A stretch of 64,000 nucleotides of DNA. It comes from Lytechinus pictus. Lineage: Eukaryota. The position numbers and the translations under genes were made by a program. Within the stretch, counting starts at the first letter, position 1. The number at the start of each line of letters is the position of its first letter. This document shows positions 61,548 to 64,000 of this stretch, piece after piece. The notes under the pieces were generated by a model. It was not told the DNA's origin and searched no databases. It worked only from the letters and a program-made list of their open reading frames with translations. Where the stretch lies: assembly GCF_037042905.1 (NCBI RefSeq), contig NC_087250.1:11718001-11782000 (forward strand), read 5' to 3'.

Positions 61548-63860
61548 TGTGTGAATATACTTCATAACTAGAAAATATTTTGAACAAATTTGCATTTTCG
61601 ATATTGACGTTGCTAGCCATCAATAGTTGTTGTTGATCTGATCAATCGCAACTCTTTGTAAGACGGGACCCAGGTATTCACCCTTTCGGTAAATAGATGG
61701 AACTCAAAGTAAACTCTTTTCCCAGCTGATTCAAAAAATCACCTGTAATTGTACTATTCGAAACAATTAAAGAACATAACGGGGGATATGACTTCGGTTC
61801 ATACAACTTACAGTTTAGTATTTTTAACCCTAAGAAGACTGGGGGAGGGGGCTGATTCAGCCCCCCCCCCCTCGACATTTTTCGCGATAAATCCGCCGCT
61901 TGAATTTTGTGACCACGTCGCTCGCTGACTTTTTACTTTCACGTCTCGCTCAACTTTTGAGACCAAAATTGTGAACCCGGGTACGCGGTTCAAAATTACG
62001 CAACATTTCGTAAGTGCATGCAAACCCAAAATTACTCAAAAACGTAAATTTGTGTACAAATCCAATGCAAATAGTGTTTTTAGCCAAAATTCATAAATGT
62101 ATCATTATTTTTCCTTTTACTGCTTAAAATCAATAAATTTTATTTTTGTTATGGTCAAAATAAAGTCCCCGACAATTTCAATTGAAAAAACAATAAAAAC
62201 AAAAAGTCGAAAAAAAGAAATACATAAGAAATTTAGAAAACAATAGAATACATAAGAAAATAAATGTGATGTTGAAATTTTTGAAAAATAAATATGATCA
62301 GATGTCTATCTAGAGTATGTGAAACAAAAATAGCATTTTAAGGGCATTATTTTATTAATTAGAGCAAACGTATGATTTTACGCATAAATTAGCATAATTA
62401 ATGAGCAATGAGATTTTTCGCAATTTGATATTAATGTTTTGCAGATAATGCCATGGGTAACGCGCGTGCCAATTTTCGTCGCGATCGCGCAATCGACGGC
62501 CGAGATCATAAGGGGGGCTGAATCAGCCCCCCCCCCCAGTCTTCGTAGGCGTTGAAATAGCCCAATATATTGGAATTCTCTTTAACATGTGGGAGAAAAA
62601 ATGAACGAGCCAATGGAAATTCTGTTTGGACAAGACATATCTATCGTGTAATCTAAGGGTCATGAAACGTTTGCTTATTTTGTTCAACTTAAAAAATAAA
62701 CAGGCAATGTTTGAAGAAAAAAAAAATGTGTGAATATACTTCATAACTAGAAAATATTTTGAACAAATTTGAATGTTCGATATTGACGTTGCTAGCCATC
62801 AATAGTTGTTGTTGATCTGATCAATCGCAACTCTTTGTAAGACGGGACCCAGGTATTCACCCTTTCGGTAAATAGATGGAACTCAAAGTAAACTCTTTTC
62901 CAAGCTGATTCAAAAAATCACCTGTAATTGTACTATTCGAAACAATTAAAGAACATAACGGGGGATATGACTTCGGTTCATACAACTTACAGTTTAGTAT
63001 TTTTAACCCTAAGAAGACTGGGGGAGGGGGCTGATTCAGCCCCCCCCCCCTCGACATTTTTCGCGATAAATCCGCCGCTTGAATTTTGTGACCACGTCGC
63101 TCGCTGACTTTTTACTTTCACGTCTCGCTCAACTTTTGAGACCAAAATTGTGAACCCGGGTACGCGGTTCAAAATTACGCAACATTTCGTAAGTGCATGC
63201 AGACCCAAAATTACTCAAAAACGTAAATTTGTGTACAAATCCAATGCAAATAGTGTTTTTAGCCAAAATTCATAAATGTATCATTATTTTCCTTTTACTG
63301 CTTAAAATCAATAAATTTTATTTTTGTTATGGTCAAAATAAAGTCCCCGACAATTTCAATTGAAAAAACAATAAAAACAAAAAGTCGAAAAAAAGAAATA
63401 CATAAGAAATTTAGAAAACAATAGAATACATACGAAAATAAATGTGATGTTGAAATTTTTGAAAAATAAATATGATCAGATGTCTATCTAGAGTACGTGA
63501 AACAAAAATAGCATTTTAAGGGCATTATTTTATTAATTAGAGCAAACGTATGATTTTACGCATAAATTAGCATAATTAATGAGCAATGAGATTTTTCGCA
63601 ATTTGATATTAATGTTTTGCAGATAATGCCATGGGTAACGCGCGTGCCAATTTTCGTCGCGATCGCGCAATCGACGGCCGAGATCATAAGGGGGGCTGAA
63701 TCAGCCCCCCCCCAGTCTTCTTAGGCGTTGAAATAGCCCAATCTATTGGAATTCTCTTTAACATGTGGGAGAAAAAATGAACGAGCCAATGGAAATTCTG
63801 TTTGGACAGGACATATCTATCGTGTTATCTAAGGGTCATGAAACGTTTGCTTATTTTGTT
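61548..63860. repeat. Near-identical tandem duplication, period 1179 bp, each unit with a piggyBac-like MITE (TTAA-CCCTAAGAAGACTGGGGG start at about 61824 and 63003)
   Basis: Identical ORF-track peptides at 61678/62857 and 61808/62987; ggctgattcagcc / ggctgaatcagcc inverted ends. Confidence 0.85.
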
Positions 63861-64000
63861 CGTTTTTTGATGAGTCTGTGCATAATATTTTTAATTGAAT
63901 CGACTTTCCACACACACTTCAAACACCCTCACACACATATTAGTCGTGAACTTCCTGCTTGATAGGATTTTATTACTCCATAAACTAGCAATTAGAAATA

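Overview
AT-rich eukaryotic DNA with GT-AG introns, many microsatellites and transposon remnants, and several N gaps. The repeat families suggest a marine invertebrate, most likely a sea urchin (inference). The main content is a head-to-tail array of at least five paralogues of one spliced gene on the + strand: the last two exons of a divergent copy (279-1523) and four complete copies (7132-11727, 17769-22429, 30106-37107, 47989-52915). Splicing by hand gives open 692-708 aa proteins with the architecture MGxxxS N-myristoylation motif, disordered linker, Cx4Cx2Cx2H motif, armadillo (ARM) repeats, TIR_2-type TIR domain retaining the putative catalytic Glu, and a C-terminal SAM-like domain. This is a SARM1-like domain set in a different order (ARM-TIR-SAM), probably membrane anchored. 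Copies 1-3 share a candidate promoter with an ISRE-like motif, and the paralogues show mosaic/gene-conversion patterns. Also present: two identical 72-nt tRNA-like Pol III genes with a TCA anticodon inside a circularly permuted 407-bp repeat, three Penelope-type minimal hammerhead motifs, an intact two-ORF LINE nested in a DNA transposon nested in a MITE, a decayed LINE in an intron of copy 3, and many SINEs and MITEs.
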